From positions 5,194-69,193 of the forward strand of contig CAZNNT010000001.1 in the NCBI GenBank assembly GCA_964574495.1: DNA of 64,000 nt, written 5' to 3'. This stretch comes from an uncultured Candidatus Saccharibacteria bacterium. GTDB taxonomy: Bacteria > Patescibacteriota > Minisyncoccia > HO2-45-28. Shown piece after piece: positions 1 through 8,382 of this stretch. Made by a program: the position numbers and the translations under genes. Position 1 is the stretch's first letter, and each line of letters opens with the position of its first letter. A model generated the notes under the pieces. That model did not search any database. It had not been told where the DNA came from and saw only the letters and a list, made by a program, of their open reading frames with translations.

Positions 1-855
1 ATCACATTTTCGAGTTCAGCCAGCCCTGGCGCAAGTTTTGGTTCCCATTCAAAAACATCAATGGCCGCGCCGCGTATGGTTTTATTTTTCAACGCTTCCG
101 CCAAAGCGGCTTCATCTATGATCGGCCCGCGGGAAGTGTTTATCAAATACGCAGTCGGCTTCATCTGGCTCAATCTTTCGGCGTTAATCAGATGCTGAGT
201 GGATTCCAAAAGAGGCACATGAATAGAAACATAATCGGCCTCTCGCAATAAATCATCTAATTTTTCTTTGTAAACGGCTCCGTATTCTTTTTCAAAATCG
301 GCGTTGCGATTGGGGTCATAATAAATAACTTTAGCGTCAAAACCTTTAACCGCGTGATGCGCGACGCGAGAGCCAATTCTGCCAAGGCCGACAATACCGA
401 TTGTTTTGCCCGATAAATCGTTTCCCAAAAGCATCATCGGCGCCCAGCCGTCGTATTTTCCCGCTCTTGTGAATTTATCCGCTTCAACCACACGGTGAGA
501 AATCGCAAGCATAAGCGCGAAAGTATGCTCGGCTACGGTATTAGTTAAAACGCCGGGGGTATTGGTAATCATCACTCCGCGCGACTCCGCCGCTTTCAAA
601 TCAATATTATCAAAACCGACGGCATAATTGGCAAAAATTTTTGCGCTTTTGCCTGCCGCGTCCAATACATCTCCGTCAATTTTATCGGTTAAAAGACATA
701 AAACCGCGTCGTATTTATCGGCTTTAAGCGCTTGAATAAGCTCGTCTTTAGCCAAAACCCCGTCTTTAGGGCTTACGACCACCTCATATCCTTTTTCTTT
801 TAATTTGTTTATTCCCGCCTCCGGAATCAAGCGGGTAATAAATATTTTCGGCATA
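1..855 (-). CDS. D-isomer-specific 2-hydroxyacid dehydrogenase (glycerate dehydrogenase/hydroxypyruvate reductase-like), C-terminally truncated by the window edge
   Basis: Minus-strand translation starts MPKIFITRLIPEAGINKL at 855. It carries the NAD Rossmann motif GIVGLGRIGSRVA and the catalytic region of the 2-Hacid_dh family. No stop before position 1, so the ORF is absent from the track because it runs off the edge. Confidence 0.85.
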
Positions 856-877
856 TATTATGGATTATAGACCCGTC

Positions 878-2332
878 CTATCGTTTTGACCATCTGTGCT
901 TGGCCTTACTCACTCTGAAACGCGCATCGCCGAAAGGCGCCAAAATTATATTCGGAAGGGCCTTCACGCCTATGGAGCGATGGAGTTTTCTGTATTCCAT
1001 ATTCATACTGACAAGACCTTCAAAAACGCTTTGGCGTATTTTAAAAATAATAACGGGCGAGGGTTTTAGGCCTCTAGCAAGTTCAACTTCCACAAAAAGT
1101 TTCTGGTCGCGCCCGTTTCTGAAAAGACGAGTGTAGGCGATAAATTTCCCGGAAACGAATTTATAAACATCTTTTTTCTCAAGGCCGGATTTTATGTTTT
1201 CAGGAAAAATGTTTAAAGCGTAGAAAGTGGTGGCGACATCTGAACGCGAACCAAGAAAAATAAAAGGCCGTTTCCATTTGTCAAAGCCGAGTTGTTTAAC
1301 CCTGTCCGACACTCCGGCTTTCTTTAAAATCGCTCGCATCTCTTTATGGCTGACAATGCGTCCCGTGTCGTGAATATTATAACGCAAAAGCGGAATGCCC
1401 GCGCGAGCGCTGAACAGCAATTCCCCGCCGACCATTTCAAAAAAAACCTGTCCGGGATCATATTGCACTATGGTGGGAATAAATTCTTCAAAACCGAGTT
1501 TTTTGGCAAAGGTCTTGTTTTCGGAGGCCAATTTTCTTATAAAAATGCTCGCCGGCGTCTCGTGGCCGATTGCGGCCGCGTCCGCCGTGCCATAGATGCT
1601 CACCGAACCGCTAAAACCGTTGGAGTTGTTGGAGCCGTTTTTAATTCCCGCGATTTTATGCATTATTGAACGGTATTTTTCAGAAAAATTTTCTCCGGCA
1701 AAAAGCAGATTTAACCGCAGATTTTTTATGTTTATTTTTTGAACGAGCGCTTCCTCCAGAACATCCCTTAAAAGCGGCGGATAACCGGCGAGAATCGTGC
1801 GTTTAAAAGACGGCGCGAGGTCTCGCAGAATCATAACCGCGTCCTCTTTTTCGATTGAAGGAGTTATAACTGAAATGTTGTAGCCGCGCCTAGAGAGCCA
1901 CCTTACGGAAGCCATGGTGAAGGTTCCGGCAATCCAGGTGCCCATTGAAAAACAAATCACCACCAAAGTTCTTTCGTTCTTTTTAACGCCGAAAATATCC
2001 CTGAAAATTCTTTCGTGCTGACGGCCCCCGGCTTCCTCCTGCCAATCGCCTCTTGGCCAATAAAACGGCTTGCCGGAAGAACCTGAACTGGCCGAAATCA
2101 TAGGCGGTATTTGTCGCTTTGGGAACAAATCAAAAAAATCAAAAGCCCTTAAATAATTGACCTTGTCCATTGAGGGCACTTTGATAAAATCGGCGTATGA
2201 TTTTATATTCTTTGGGTTTATGCCGCGCTTTCGCAAAAAAAACCTATAAGCCGGCACGACGCGCGCCGACTCCTGAAAAAGTTTTAAGGCCTCTTTAAAG
2301 CCCTCCGGGTTATGCGGACTATTTGAATGCAT
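878..2332 (-). CDS. PaaK/CapK-like adenylate-forming enzyme (phenylacetate-CoA ligase family)
   Basis: 484-aa ORF with an SASSGSSGKPF AMP-binding-like P-loop and the typical PaaK/CapK/F390-synthetase length. CapK-type enzymes are common in capsule/glycan loci. Confidence 0.6.
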   Translation of the reverse strand: MHSNSPHNPEGFKEALKLFQESARVVPAYRFFLRKRGINPKNIKSYADFIKVPSMDKVNYLRAFDFFDLFPKRQIPPMISASSGSSGKPFYWPRGDWQEEAGGRQHERIFRDIFGVKKNERTLVVICFSMGTWIAGTFTMASVRWLSRRGYNISVITPSIEKEDAVMILRDLAPSFKRTILAGYPPLLRDVLEEALVQKINIKNLRLNLLFAGENFSEKYRSIMHKIAGIKNGSNNSNGFSGSVSIYGTADAAAIGHETPASIFIRKLASENKTFAKKLGFEEFIPTIVQYDPGQVFFEMVGGELLFSARAGIPLLRYNIHDTGRIVSHKEMRAILKKAGVSDRVKQLGFDKWKRPFIFLGSRSDVATTFYALNIFPENIKSGLEKKDVYKFVSGKFIAYTRLFRNGRDQKLFVEVELARGLKPSPVIIFKIRQSVFEGLVSMNMEYRKLHRSIGVKALPNIILAPFGDARFRVSKAKHRWSKR

Positions 2333-2364
2333 TGCCCTCTATATTACCATATTATGCGAAAAAT

Positions 2365-3090
2365 TCAAGGCGATAGAATGGTTTTGGCAAAATCCCAAAA
2401 TTCGGGATGGTTTTGCTTAGTTTTTAACCAAAACCACCATTCCGCGCCCCATAAATAATATTCGTCAAAACCGCTGGCTTTGGCGTAATCAATCGTGTTT
2501 TTGAAAAAATCCAAATCAAAATGTTTCAATTGCTCGTCAAGCGCTGTTTCGTAAAGTTGTTCGGGAAGCCACGGCTCGGCCGCGAGCTCTGAGACAATAA
2601 ATTTTTTCTCATGCTCTCCGGTAAGCCGTCTTATTATTTTTTCTTTAAGTCCGAAAAACTCCGGCGGCAGATGATATTCAATAAAGCCGAGCGTATCATT
2701 ATAAATCCTGCGATACATTGTCGTTCCGAAAATATCTCCGCGTTTAACCGCCCCAAACCACAATCCCAATTCGCCGCTATCCGTAATTAAGACCGGGTGA
2801 TTGGAATCCAGGGATTTGACCAGCGTTATTTCTTCATCCAGAAATTCTTTATCCAGCGGCGGACATTCGCCGAATTTTAAAAACGGCTCGTTTTCTACCT
2901 GCCAATATAAAAGCGCCGGATGATTTTTATAGCGATTTACGACGGCTTCGAGCCCATTAGGGCTCATGACATTCGGGCCAGCGCGGCAGTTTCCGGCCAA
3001 CAGCCAAAATAACCCGCGCGCCGGAGAACGCGGCTTCATCCATTTGATAATCCAAATTTTGAAAATCAAACTTGTCTTCCTCCCGTTCAA
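2365..3090 (-). CDS. Glycoside hydrolase catalytic TIM-barrel portion (GH42/GH5-like NEP acid/base motif), 3' portion of the frameshifted gene
   Basis: Contains NRYKNHPALLYWQVENEPF, a catalytic acid/base context. It overlaps the upstream ORF by 134 nt in another frame. The Met start is probably artefactual, and the true gene likely reads through with a frameshift near 2975-3000. Confidence 0.5.
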   Translation of the reverse strand: MNGRKTSLIFKIWIIKWMKPRSPARGLFWLLAGNCRAGPNVMSPNGLEAVVNRYKNHPALLYWQVENEPFLKFGECPPLDKEFLDEEITLVKSLDSNHPVLITDSGELGLWFGAVKRGDIFGTTMYRRIYNDTLGFIEYHLPPEFFGLKEKIIRRLTGEHEKKFIVSELAAEPWLPEQLYETALDEQLKHFDLDFFKNTIDYAKASGFDEYYLWGAEWWFWLKTKQNHPEFWDFAKTILSP

Positions 3091-4213
3091 TCATGTCCCA
3101 ATAAGCGATGAGACGGATGCGCTTCGGCTTTAATTCTTTTATAATCGCGTCATAATTTTCGCGCCAATAAGCCCCCTCACCTACTTTGCCATCTTTTGAA
3201 TTTGCGCTTTGCGCCACGGCAAAGTAGGTGTGGGGGTCAGACCCGAGCTTTTCGGAAAATTTTTGCGAGAATGTAACGCCCCAGACAATCGAGCGGTTTT
3301 CATCCGACGCCCAGTTTACTCGCGTCCATGCGTCTGACTTGTAATATTCGCCGACGGCAAGCCATAAAACGCCGAAAGAAATAATCGCGAAAGCCGTTAT
3401 TTTTCCGGCCAGAATCCAGCCGGAAAACCGCTCGCGAAGTATCAGCCATCCGCCCAAAAAAACAAAAAGGTATTGGAGATTGCGTGTTGATTCAACCAGA
3501 GGCGGCAAACCGGTTGAAATTGCCGCGTAAATTAAAATGGACCCCAAACCGGCGTAAGCGCGGTTAAACAAATAAAGCCGCTTGTTTTTGAACTCGTCTC
3601 TGCCTTCCGGATGAAAAATCTTTTTTCTGAAAGCCGGCACGGCAAGAAAAATAAGCACCGTCAAAAACGAGGTGAACTTTATCCAAATAAGCCCGGAAAA
3701 AAAACCGGAAAAATCGAAAACCATTTTGGTAAGATTGCTCGCGAGCCCAAAACAAAAAGCGGCTATAACCGCAAGCATAATCACTTTTAACCGAACTCCT
3801 TTTTGTTCAATGAAAAATAATATCAGGCCGCCTAAGATTAAAATTATAAAACCGGCTAACTGGTAAAAGGTTAAATTGATGTCCAAAAGCGCGGAACTGA
3901 AAATCAAGGTGAATATCGGCGCCAAAGCCCAGATTAAAATTATTGAACTGGAGGCCTCGCCGTAAAAGAGGGCGGCAAAATAAAAAAATAGCGCGAGTAT
4001 TGAGACCGCACCGGTTAAAAAGGTAAAACCGAATTCGGAAAAATTAAACAATCTGAATCCGAAAGGCGCGAGAAAAACCGTAAAAACGCTCAAAATTCCT
4101 ATCCAAAAAGTATAGCCGATGGGATTGGGATAGGATTTTTTTAAAAGCAGTTTATCTATTACAGCCGAACTTCCGCTCACGAATTGCGAAGCCACCGCGA
4201 ATAAAAACCACAT
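2957..4213 (-). CDS. EamA/DMT-like 10-TM membrane domain fused to the N-terminal part of a glycoside hydrolase (5' portion of a frameshifted gene)
   Basis: Residues 1-290 are polytopic helices with an SSAVIDKLLL motif typical of EamA. The C-terminal 120 aa (YWDMIEREEDKFDFQNLDYQMDEAAFSGARVILAVG) resemble the N-terminus of a TIM-barrel GH. The ORF stops at 2957 inside what should be a continuous GH domain. Confidence 0.55.
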   Translation of the reverse strand: MWFLFAVASQFVSGSSAVIDKLLLKKSYPNPIGYTFWIGILSVFTVFLAPFGFRLFNFSEFGFTFLTGAVSILALFFYFAALFYGEASSSIILIWALAPIFTLIFSSALLDINLTFYQLAGFIILILGGLILFFIEQKGVRLKVIMLAVIAAFCFGLASNLTKMVFDFSGFFSGLIWIKFTSFLTVLIFLAVPAFRKKIFHPEGRDEFKNKRLYLFNRAYAGLGSILIYAAISTGLPPLVESTRNLQYLFVFLGGWLILRERFSGWILAGKITAFAIISFGVLWLAVGEYYKSDAWTRVNWASDENRSIVWGVTFSQKFSEKLGSDPHTYFAVAQSANSKDGKVGEGAYWRENYDAIIKELKPKRIRLIAYWDMIEREEDKFDFQNLDYQMDEAAFSGARVILAVGRKLPRWPECHEP

Positions 4214-4270
4214 AGATTAATTATAAAGCAAACTAACGCAAAGGCATTAAATGAACCATTGCCCGATTAA

Positions 4271-4299
4271 CTTGACTTTTTATTTATAAGGTGCTATAA
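4271..4299 (+). promoter_or_regulatory. Consensus sigma70-type promoter (TTGACT-17 bp-TATAAT)
   Basis: TTGACT at 4271-4276, a 17-bp spacer and TATAAT at 4294-4299, about 95 nt upstream of the 4396 start codon. Confidence 0.6.
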
Positions 4300-4395
4300 T
4301 TAAAAAGTAGTATTAAGTACCTTTCTAAAAAAGTGCCCTTGGAGCTTCGCTGTTCTTGGGGCAGATGTAAAATCCACAAAAAAAGGAGGTGTGTC

Positions 4396-4575
4396 ATGTT
4401 CAGGAATATAGAGAGGGAAGTTTGGGGTTACTGCGTGGCCGTTATCGGGGCTTTCGTGGCCGACTTCTTCTTCTGGTACCAGATATATGCCTACATCGGG
4501 TTCGTCGTGTTCATTTTGGGCTTGACGATGATGTTCGGCCCACCCGAGATCTTCAAGGTCTTCAGGAGAAAATGA
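4396..4575 (+). CDS. Small two-TM membrane protein (59 aa), unknown function
   Basis: ATG at 4396 is preceded by AAAGGAGGTGTGTC, a strong SD with a 7-nt spacer. The product is hydrophobic (VWGYCVAVIGAFVADFFFWYQIYAYIGFVVFILGLTMMFG). The ORF appears more GC-rich than its AT-rich surroundings and is followed by a strong terminator. The track's 80-aa version starts upstream without an SD. Confidence 0.6.
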   Translation: MFRNIEREVWGYCVAVIGAFVADFFFWYQIYAYIGFVVFILGLTMMFGPPEIFKVFRRK

Positions 4576-4617
4576 CAACTGTCCGTATGGCCACAAGCCG
4601 GCCGGACGGAAACAAGC

Positions 4618-4667
4618 GGGGGAATCCGTCCAATCCGGATTCCCTCTTTTTTATTTTTTTTTATTTT
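4618..4667 (+). terminator. Rho-independent terminator
   Basis: Stem GGGGGAATCCG/CGGATTCCCTC with a 7-nt loop, followed by CTTTTTTATTTTTTTTTATTTT. Confidence 0.75.
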
Positions 4668-4779
4668 CTTCACGCAAAGGATTCGCCTTTGCAAGTACTA
4701 TCCTCCCCAAATCCCACGATCGTGGAAATTAGAAAGGATGAAAAACTTTGCAAAATTACAAAATGGTTATTAATTTCAA

Positions 4780-5343
4780 TCAAAAAATAATAATGCTAAC
4801 CACCGTAAAATAAACAAGCAGACTTATTAAATCCTGAATAATGGTCGCCACGGGCCCCGAGCCCAAAGCCGGATCAGAATGTCTTTTGTATAAGAAGCTT
4901 GGAATAATCACGGCTAAAATCGGAGCCAGCGAAAGATTGATCAAAAAGGTCAGTCCTATGACAAATCCAATCGCGGAGGACTTAAGCCAATACGCGGCAA
5001 AAACCGCTAAAATCAAGCCGAAAATAACGCCGAGTCCGACGCCGACTACGCTTTCTTTAAAAATGTAAGTCCAGAAACGGGTTTTTTTGAACGTAAGCGC
5101 CCGCACATAAATAGTTTCGGTCTGCGTGCCCACGGCATCGCTTAGATACACGATAATCGGAATAAAAAAAGCGAGCCTTACATCGGCCGAAAGAATAGCT
5201 TCGTATTTAGAAATAATCAGTGTGGCAAGAATTCCGCCCAAAAGCCCGACAAAAAGCCACGGAACACGGCGTTCAATCAAATGCTCTACGGATTCTTTGG
5301 CGTCGTCTTCGGCCACATACTCTTTTTTTGGCTGTATCTCCAT
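4780..5343 (-). CDS. MgtE-like divalent cation transporter membrane domain protein (stand-alone TM domain)
   Basis: Five TM helices; C-terminal DPALGSGPVATIIQDLISLLVYF matches the MgtE/SLC41 signature (D-P-A-x-x-x-P-x-x-T-x-x-x-D). No N-terminal CBS or MgtE_N domain is present. Confidence 0.55.
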   Translation of the reverse strand: MEIQPKKEYVAEDDAKESVEHLIERRVPWLFVGLLGGILATLIISKYEAILSADVRLAFFIPIIVYLSDAVGTQTETIYVRALTFKKTRFWTYIFKESVVGVGLGVIFGLILAVFAAYWLKSSAIGFVIGLTFLINLSLAPILAVIIPSFLYKRHSDPALGSGPVATIIQDLISLLVYFTVVSIIIF

Positions 5344-5416
5344 ACGTTAAATATACCATATTCAATTTATTTTTATTTTAATACTTTGATGCCCCTCGGG
5401 CTGCGAATTTATATTT

Positions 5417-5959
5417 CTATAATACATACTCCCAGCCTGGTTTCCAGGATTTTGTTTTTCGCCAATCTTCGGCGAACGCCTCATCCCATGTTTTATTTTT
5501 AAGCAAAACTTCAAGGGCGAGCTGCGGGGCTTTATGCGAAACTAAGGCGACGCTTTTGCCGTCGTAATTTTGTTTTAAAAATTCAAGAAAATCGGCAACA
5601 CGCGTTTTTACATCCTCGTAGCTTTCGCCGTCGGGAAATTTTTCGGTTATCATTTTTTCTTGCATCGGCTCGACAATTTCAGACGAGTGGCCGTTAAACT
5701 TGCCGTAATTGCACTCGCGCAATCTTTGGTCGGGGATAATTGGTGCCACTCCTTCAAAAACTAGTTTTGCGGAGTCAACTGCCCGTCTCAAGTCGGAGCA
5801 AAAGACAACATCAAATTTTTTGTCTTTGATTTGGTCTTTTAGTTCAATAGATTGTTTTACACCAAGCTCCGAAAGCCCGACGTCAGACCACCCGGACGAG
5901 ATTCCTTTCTCGTTATCCTTAGTCGTTCCATGTACGAAATAAGTTATTTTGATTGGCAT
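5417..5959 (-). CDS. Histidine phosphatase family protein (phosphoglycerate mutase-like)
   Basis: The N-terminus (ITYFVHGTTKDN) carries the HG catalytic histidine motif variant of PGAM-like phosphatases. Length is 180 aa. Confidence 0.55.
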   Translation of the reverse strand: MPIKITYFVHGTTKDNEKGISSGWSDVGLSELGVKQSIELKDQIKDKKFDVVFCSDLRRAVDSAKLVFEGVAPIIPDQRLRECNYGKFNGHSSEIVEPMQEKMITEKFPDGESYEDVKTRVADFLEFLKQNYDGKSVALVSHKAPQLALEVLLKNKTWDEAFAEDWRKTKSWKPGWEYVL

Positions 5960-6396
5960 TATTTATTAAACTCAATATATTCTTTAACCCCCCTCAGCCA
6001 GCCTCCTTTGAAAAATTTTTCGGGTTTAAAATTGTTTGGGTCAACCCAAAGCAATTCCGAGTGTCTTTCCGAAGTTTTGACTTCGCCACTTTTCAATTCA
6101 CTCTCATAACCGATGGCAAATATTCTAACGGTGGGATTGCCCGGCGCATGTTCGACTCTTTCATGCCTCATAAAAATGATCGGCTCGCCGATGGTGTATT
6201 TGATGTCTTTACCCAGCTCCTCCGTCATTTTGCGTTCGATAATTTCATCCAAAGGTGTTTCGAACTCGTCTTTTTTGATTCGTCCTCCGGGCAAATCCCA
6301 GTCGCCAAAGCTATCTTTAAGTATTAAAAGTTTGCCGTCTTTTTTCAAAAAAACTTTTACCGCCACAAAATATTTTTCTTTTTCTTCTGTATCCAT
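5959..6396 (-). CDS. NUDIX hydrolase
   Basis: LPGGRIKKDEFETPLDEIIERKMTEELG is a Nudix-box-like segment (LPGG...E...ER..TEELG). Confidence 0.75.
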   Translation of the reverse strand: MDTEEKEKYFVAVKVFLKKDGKLLILKDSFGDWDLPGGRIKKDEFETPLDEIIERKMTEELGKDIKYTIGEPIIFMRHERVEHAPGNPTVRIFAIGYESELKSGEVKTSERHSELLWVDPNNFKPEKFFKGGWLRGVKEYIEFNK

Positions 6397-6407
6397 GTTC
6401 CGAAAAA

Positions 6408-6977
6408 TTACTTTGATAAATCCTCAATGGTTTGGATCACCTCGGGAAGTTCTAGACAGGGTTTTTCGCCTTCAATCGCGCCGGAAAAATGGCCCATTTT
6501 GTGTTTGATTATGACTTCCGCGCCGAGTTTTTCCTTAAAAATACCAGCATATTTCAGGTCAACATGCGGGTCGTTGTCGGAATGGATCGCCACAAAGCCG
6601 TTTTTTGATTTTGATTTGATATTTACAAAATCAATCGGCGTCTCAAAAAAGTTTTTGATTTCGTCATAACCCAAATCCTCGGTAAATCCGGCGACAAAGA
6701 CCACGCCGCCCACTCTTTGATTTTTCTGCAAAGTTTCCAAATAGCGCATTATTGTAACGCACCCGACGCTATGACCTATGAGAAATAGGTTTTCGTCAGG
6801 TTGCCCTATTTTTTCGGAAAGGAATGGAACCCACGCGTTTTGCTTAGGATGTTCGGTGTCGGGGAACGCCGGAATTTTCACTTCAAATCCTTTGGATTCA
6901 AGTTCTTTTTTCACTGACGGATACCAGCAATAGTCTGGCGCCCCCTCCCAACAATGGACTATGATTGCTCTTTTCAT
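6408..6977 (-). CDS. Alpha/beta-hydrolase fold serine hydrolase (RBBP9/YdeN-like esterase)
   Basis: GHSVG nucleophile elbow; 189 aa with a compact alpha/beta hydrolase layout and downstream Asp/His candidates (HSDNDPHV, HKMGHF). Confidence 0.6.
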   Translation of the reverse strand: MKRAIIVHCWEGAPDYCWYPSVKKELESKGFEVKIPAFPDTEHPKQNAWVPFLSEKIGQPDENLFLIGHSVGCVTIMRYLETLQKNQRVGGVVFVAGFTEDLGYDEIKNFFETPIDFVNIKSKSKNGFVAIHSDNDPHVDLKYAGIFKEKLGAEVIIKHKMGHFSGAIEGEKPCLELPEVIQTIEDLSK

Positions 6978-7098
6978 ATCCCTATTATGCTACGCAGCAT
7001 ATTACGCAGCAAGGTTTTACCGGGCGGTTTTGTTTAAATCGTTGGTGTAAAATAAATTATTTTTTCTTCACGCAAAGGTTTCGCCTTTACCTACGCCT

Positions 7099-7824
7099 TT
7101 ACTTAAAAAGCAAGACGGCGCCTAGAGCGGCGGCGTAGTTGCCGAGGCGAGATTTTAGAACCGGCGCCGGGATGCCGTTTTTGAAAAACTCCTTTTTTAA
7201 TTTTGAGACGAAATTTTTCCTTTTCATTATTACTCCCCCGCCGATGATTATTGCCCGCGGTTTATATGGCTTGATGAGTTTTGCCAAATTCTTGCCTAAA
7301 AATTCGGCGAGTTTCGTATCGTCTTTTTTATCTCTAATTTTTTGATACTCACCCTCCCAACGCTCCGGATATTCAAATTTTTTGATTTTTAAAATTTTTC
7401 CCTTTCTGCCGGAGGCCCGGCCGATTCCCGTGCCAATAGTCAAAAAAAACGCGTTTTTAAAACCTTTTCCGGCTCCAAGCAAATATTCCCCTCTGGCAAA
7501 ACAGCGCGCGTCGTTATCAAGTTTTAATTGAACTCCCGTCGGGATTATTTTTTGAAAATTAAAATTTTTAACCGCGGGAATATTGGGACTAAAACGCAAA
7601 ACCGCGCCACTAACCACTCCGGCTGTCCCGATGCCGATGCCCGATATTTTTTTGACGCGAAAAAAACCGCCAATAAGTCCTTTAAGTTTATTTTCAAAAC
7701 CGGCGCGGGTTTGAGGGGTCTTTATTTCGCGATTTTGCAAAATTTTTTTCTTATTCCACAAAATCCCCCGAATATTCGTCCCGCCTATATCTATGCCGAT
7801 GATATTTTTCAATTTATTGGTCAT
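7099..7824 (-). CDS. ROK-family sugar kinase (glucokinase/N-acetylglucosamine kinase-like)
   Basis: IGIDIGGTNIRG ATP-binding motif and LDNDARCFARGE. The chosen start is the Met of MTNKLKNIIGIDIGG. The 35 codons upstream in the track ORF translate the tRNA-like element and are probably not coding. Confidence 0.7.
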   Translation of the reverse strand: MTNKLKNIIGIDIGGTNIRGILWNKKKILQNREIKTPQTRAGFENKLKGLIGGFFRVKKISGIGIGTAGVVSGAVLRFSPNIPAVKNFNFQKIIPTGVQLKLDNDARCFARGEYLLGAGKGFKNAFFLTIGTGIGRASGRKGKILKIKKFEYPERWEGEYQKIRDKKDDTKLAEFLGKNLAKLIKPYKPRAIIIGGGVIMKRKNFVSKLKKEFFKNGIPAPVLKSRLGNYAAALGAVLLFK

Positions 7825-7825
7825 T

Positions 7826-7935
7826 TGGCTGCCGGGCTTGGATTCGAACCCCCGCCATAGCGGGACAAGCAAGATGCTCGCCTCTTCATCCCGCCAGAGG
7901 CGGGACAAGAAGGGCGATGTCCTATTCACCCCGCC
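7826..7935 (-). other. Degenerate tRNA-like element / tandem 39-40-nt CCCGCCA-initiated repeats derived from tRNA-Gln
   Basis: Shares GGATTCGAACC (T-loop) and AGGGCGATGTCCTA (anticodon stem region) with the adjacent tRNA-Gln and ends with CCA on the minus strand. It lacks a D-arm and a pairing T-stem. Three direct CCCGCCA repeats begin at 7851, 7890 and 7930. Confidence 0.4.
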
Positions 7936-8281
7936 AAATTTTACTTGATAATTCTCTCCCAGCCGAAGCTGCGGGACTAGGATTCGAACCTAGATACTCG
8001 CCTCCAAAGGGCGATGTCCTACCATTAGACGATCCCGCAGCTTCGGCTATGAGTTTTTTAAAAGCATTACCGCCATGCCAACTTTTTATTTGTTCCTCTC
8101 TCTTTCGCGCGTCTTCATAATTTAAATGCTTTTCTGAATAAACAATATCCCAGGGTTTGCTAAATTTTGTTGCACACACATACCCCTTGTTGTGGCGCTT
8201 TAGCCTTTCAATCGGATTCAAGGCGGTAATGCCAATATAGTACTTATTATTTCTATTTTTCAATATATAAAGATTGACCAT
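7922..8281 (-). CDS. GIY-YIG nuclease domain protein (small stand-alone, YhbQ-like); the 3' end runs through tRNA-Gln
   Basis: Start MVNLYILKNRNNKYYIGITALNPIERLKRHNKG carries GIY-YIG-type YIG and RLKRHN motifs. The domain is complete by about residue 81. The remaining 38 codons to the stop at 7922 overlap the same-strand tRNA-Gln, so the true C-terminus is uncertain. Confidence 0.6.
   Translation of the reverse strand: MVNLYILKNRNNKYYIGITALNPIERLKRHNKGYVCATKFSKPWDIVYSEKHLNYEDARKREEQIKSWHGGNAFKKLIAEAAGSSNGRTSPFGGEYLGSNPSPAASAGRELSSKIWRGE
7969..8039 (-). tRNA. tRNA-Gln (anticodon UUG), 71 nt, CCA not encoded
   Basis: Minus-strand read: TGCGGGA (acceptor), U8, D-arm GTCT/AATGGTA/GGAC, anticodon stem TCGCC/GGCGA with loop CUUUGGA, variable GTAT, T-arm CTAGG/TTCGAAT/CCTAG, acceptor TCCCGCA, discriminator G. 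U1-A72 as in E. coli tRNA-Gln. 8-bp leader/trailer complementarity (GCCGAAGC/GCTTCGGC) extends the acceptor stem. Confidence 0.85.
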
Positions 8282-8382
8282 AAATTCTTGTACCGCCACA
8301 GACGGGATGAAGCGGGGCAAGTTAGACGACCCGGCAATTTATAAATTATACGCTATTTTTTCTGTCTTGACAAAGATAAATC

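Noticed and set aside
1346-1669. Plus-strand ORFs (107 aa and 66 aa) inside the PaaK-like gene
   Set aside because: They are antisense to a well-supported 484-aa CDS, have no SD and no motif. These are shadow ORFs.
4300-4596. 98-aa acidic minus-strand ORF overlapping the small membrane-protein cassette
   Set aside because: It is antisense to an ORF with full expression signals and has no RBS. It probably reflects the GC-rich reading of the sense gene, although an antisense RNA, rather than a protein, remains possible.
7851-7935. Three direct CCCGCCA-initiated repeats with a 39-40 nt period, considered as a mini CRISPR array
   Set aside because: The repeat units are only ~23 nt with ~16-nt spacers, only three copies exist and there are no cas genes. 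The sequence is clearly related to the adjacent tRNA-Gln, so it is a tRNA-derived degenerate duplication instead.
7826-7935. Interpretation as a functional intron-containing tRNA (anticodon stem TCGCC/GGCGA enclosing a 23-nt insert, possible UCU anticodon)
   Set aside because: No D-arm can be drawn, the T-stem has only 2 of 5 pairs, and the acceptor ends do not pair, so it is unlikely to be a functional tRNA. Kept only as a tRNA-like remnant.
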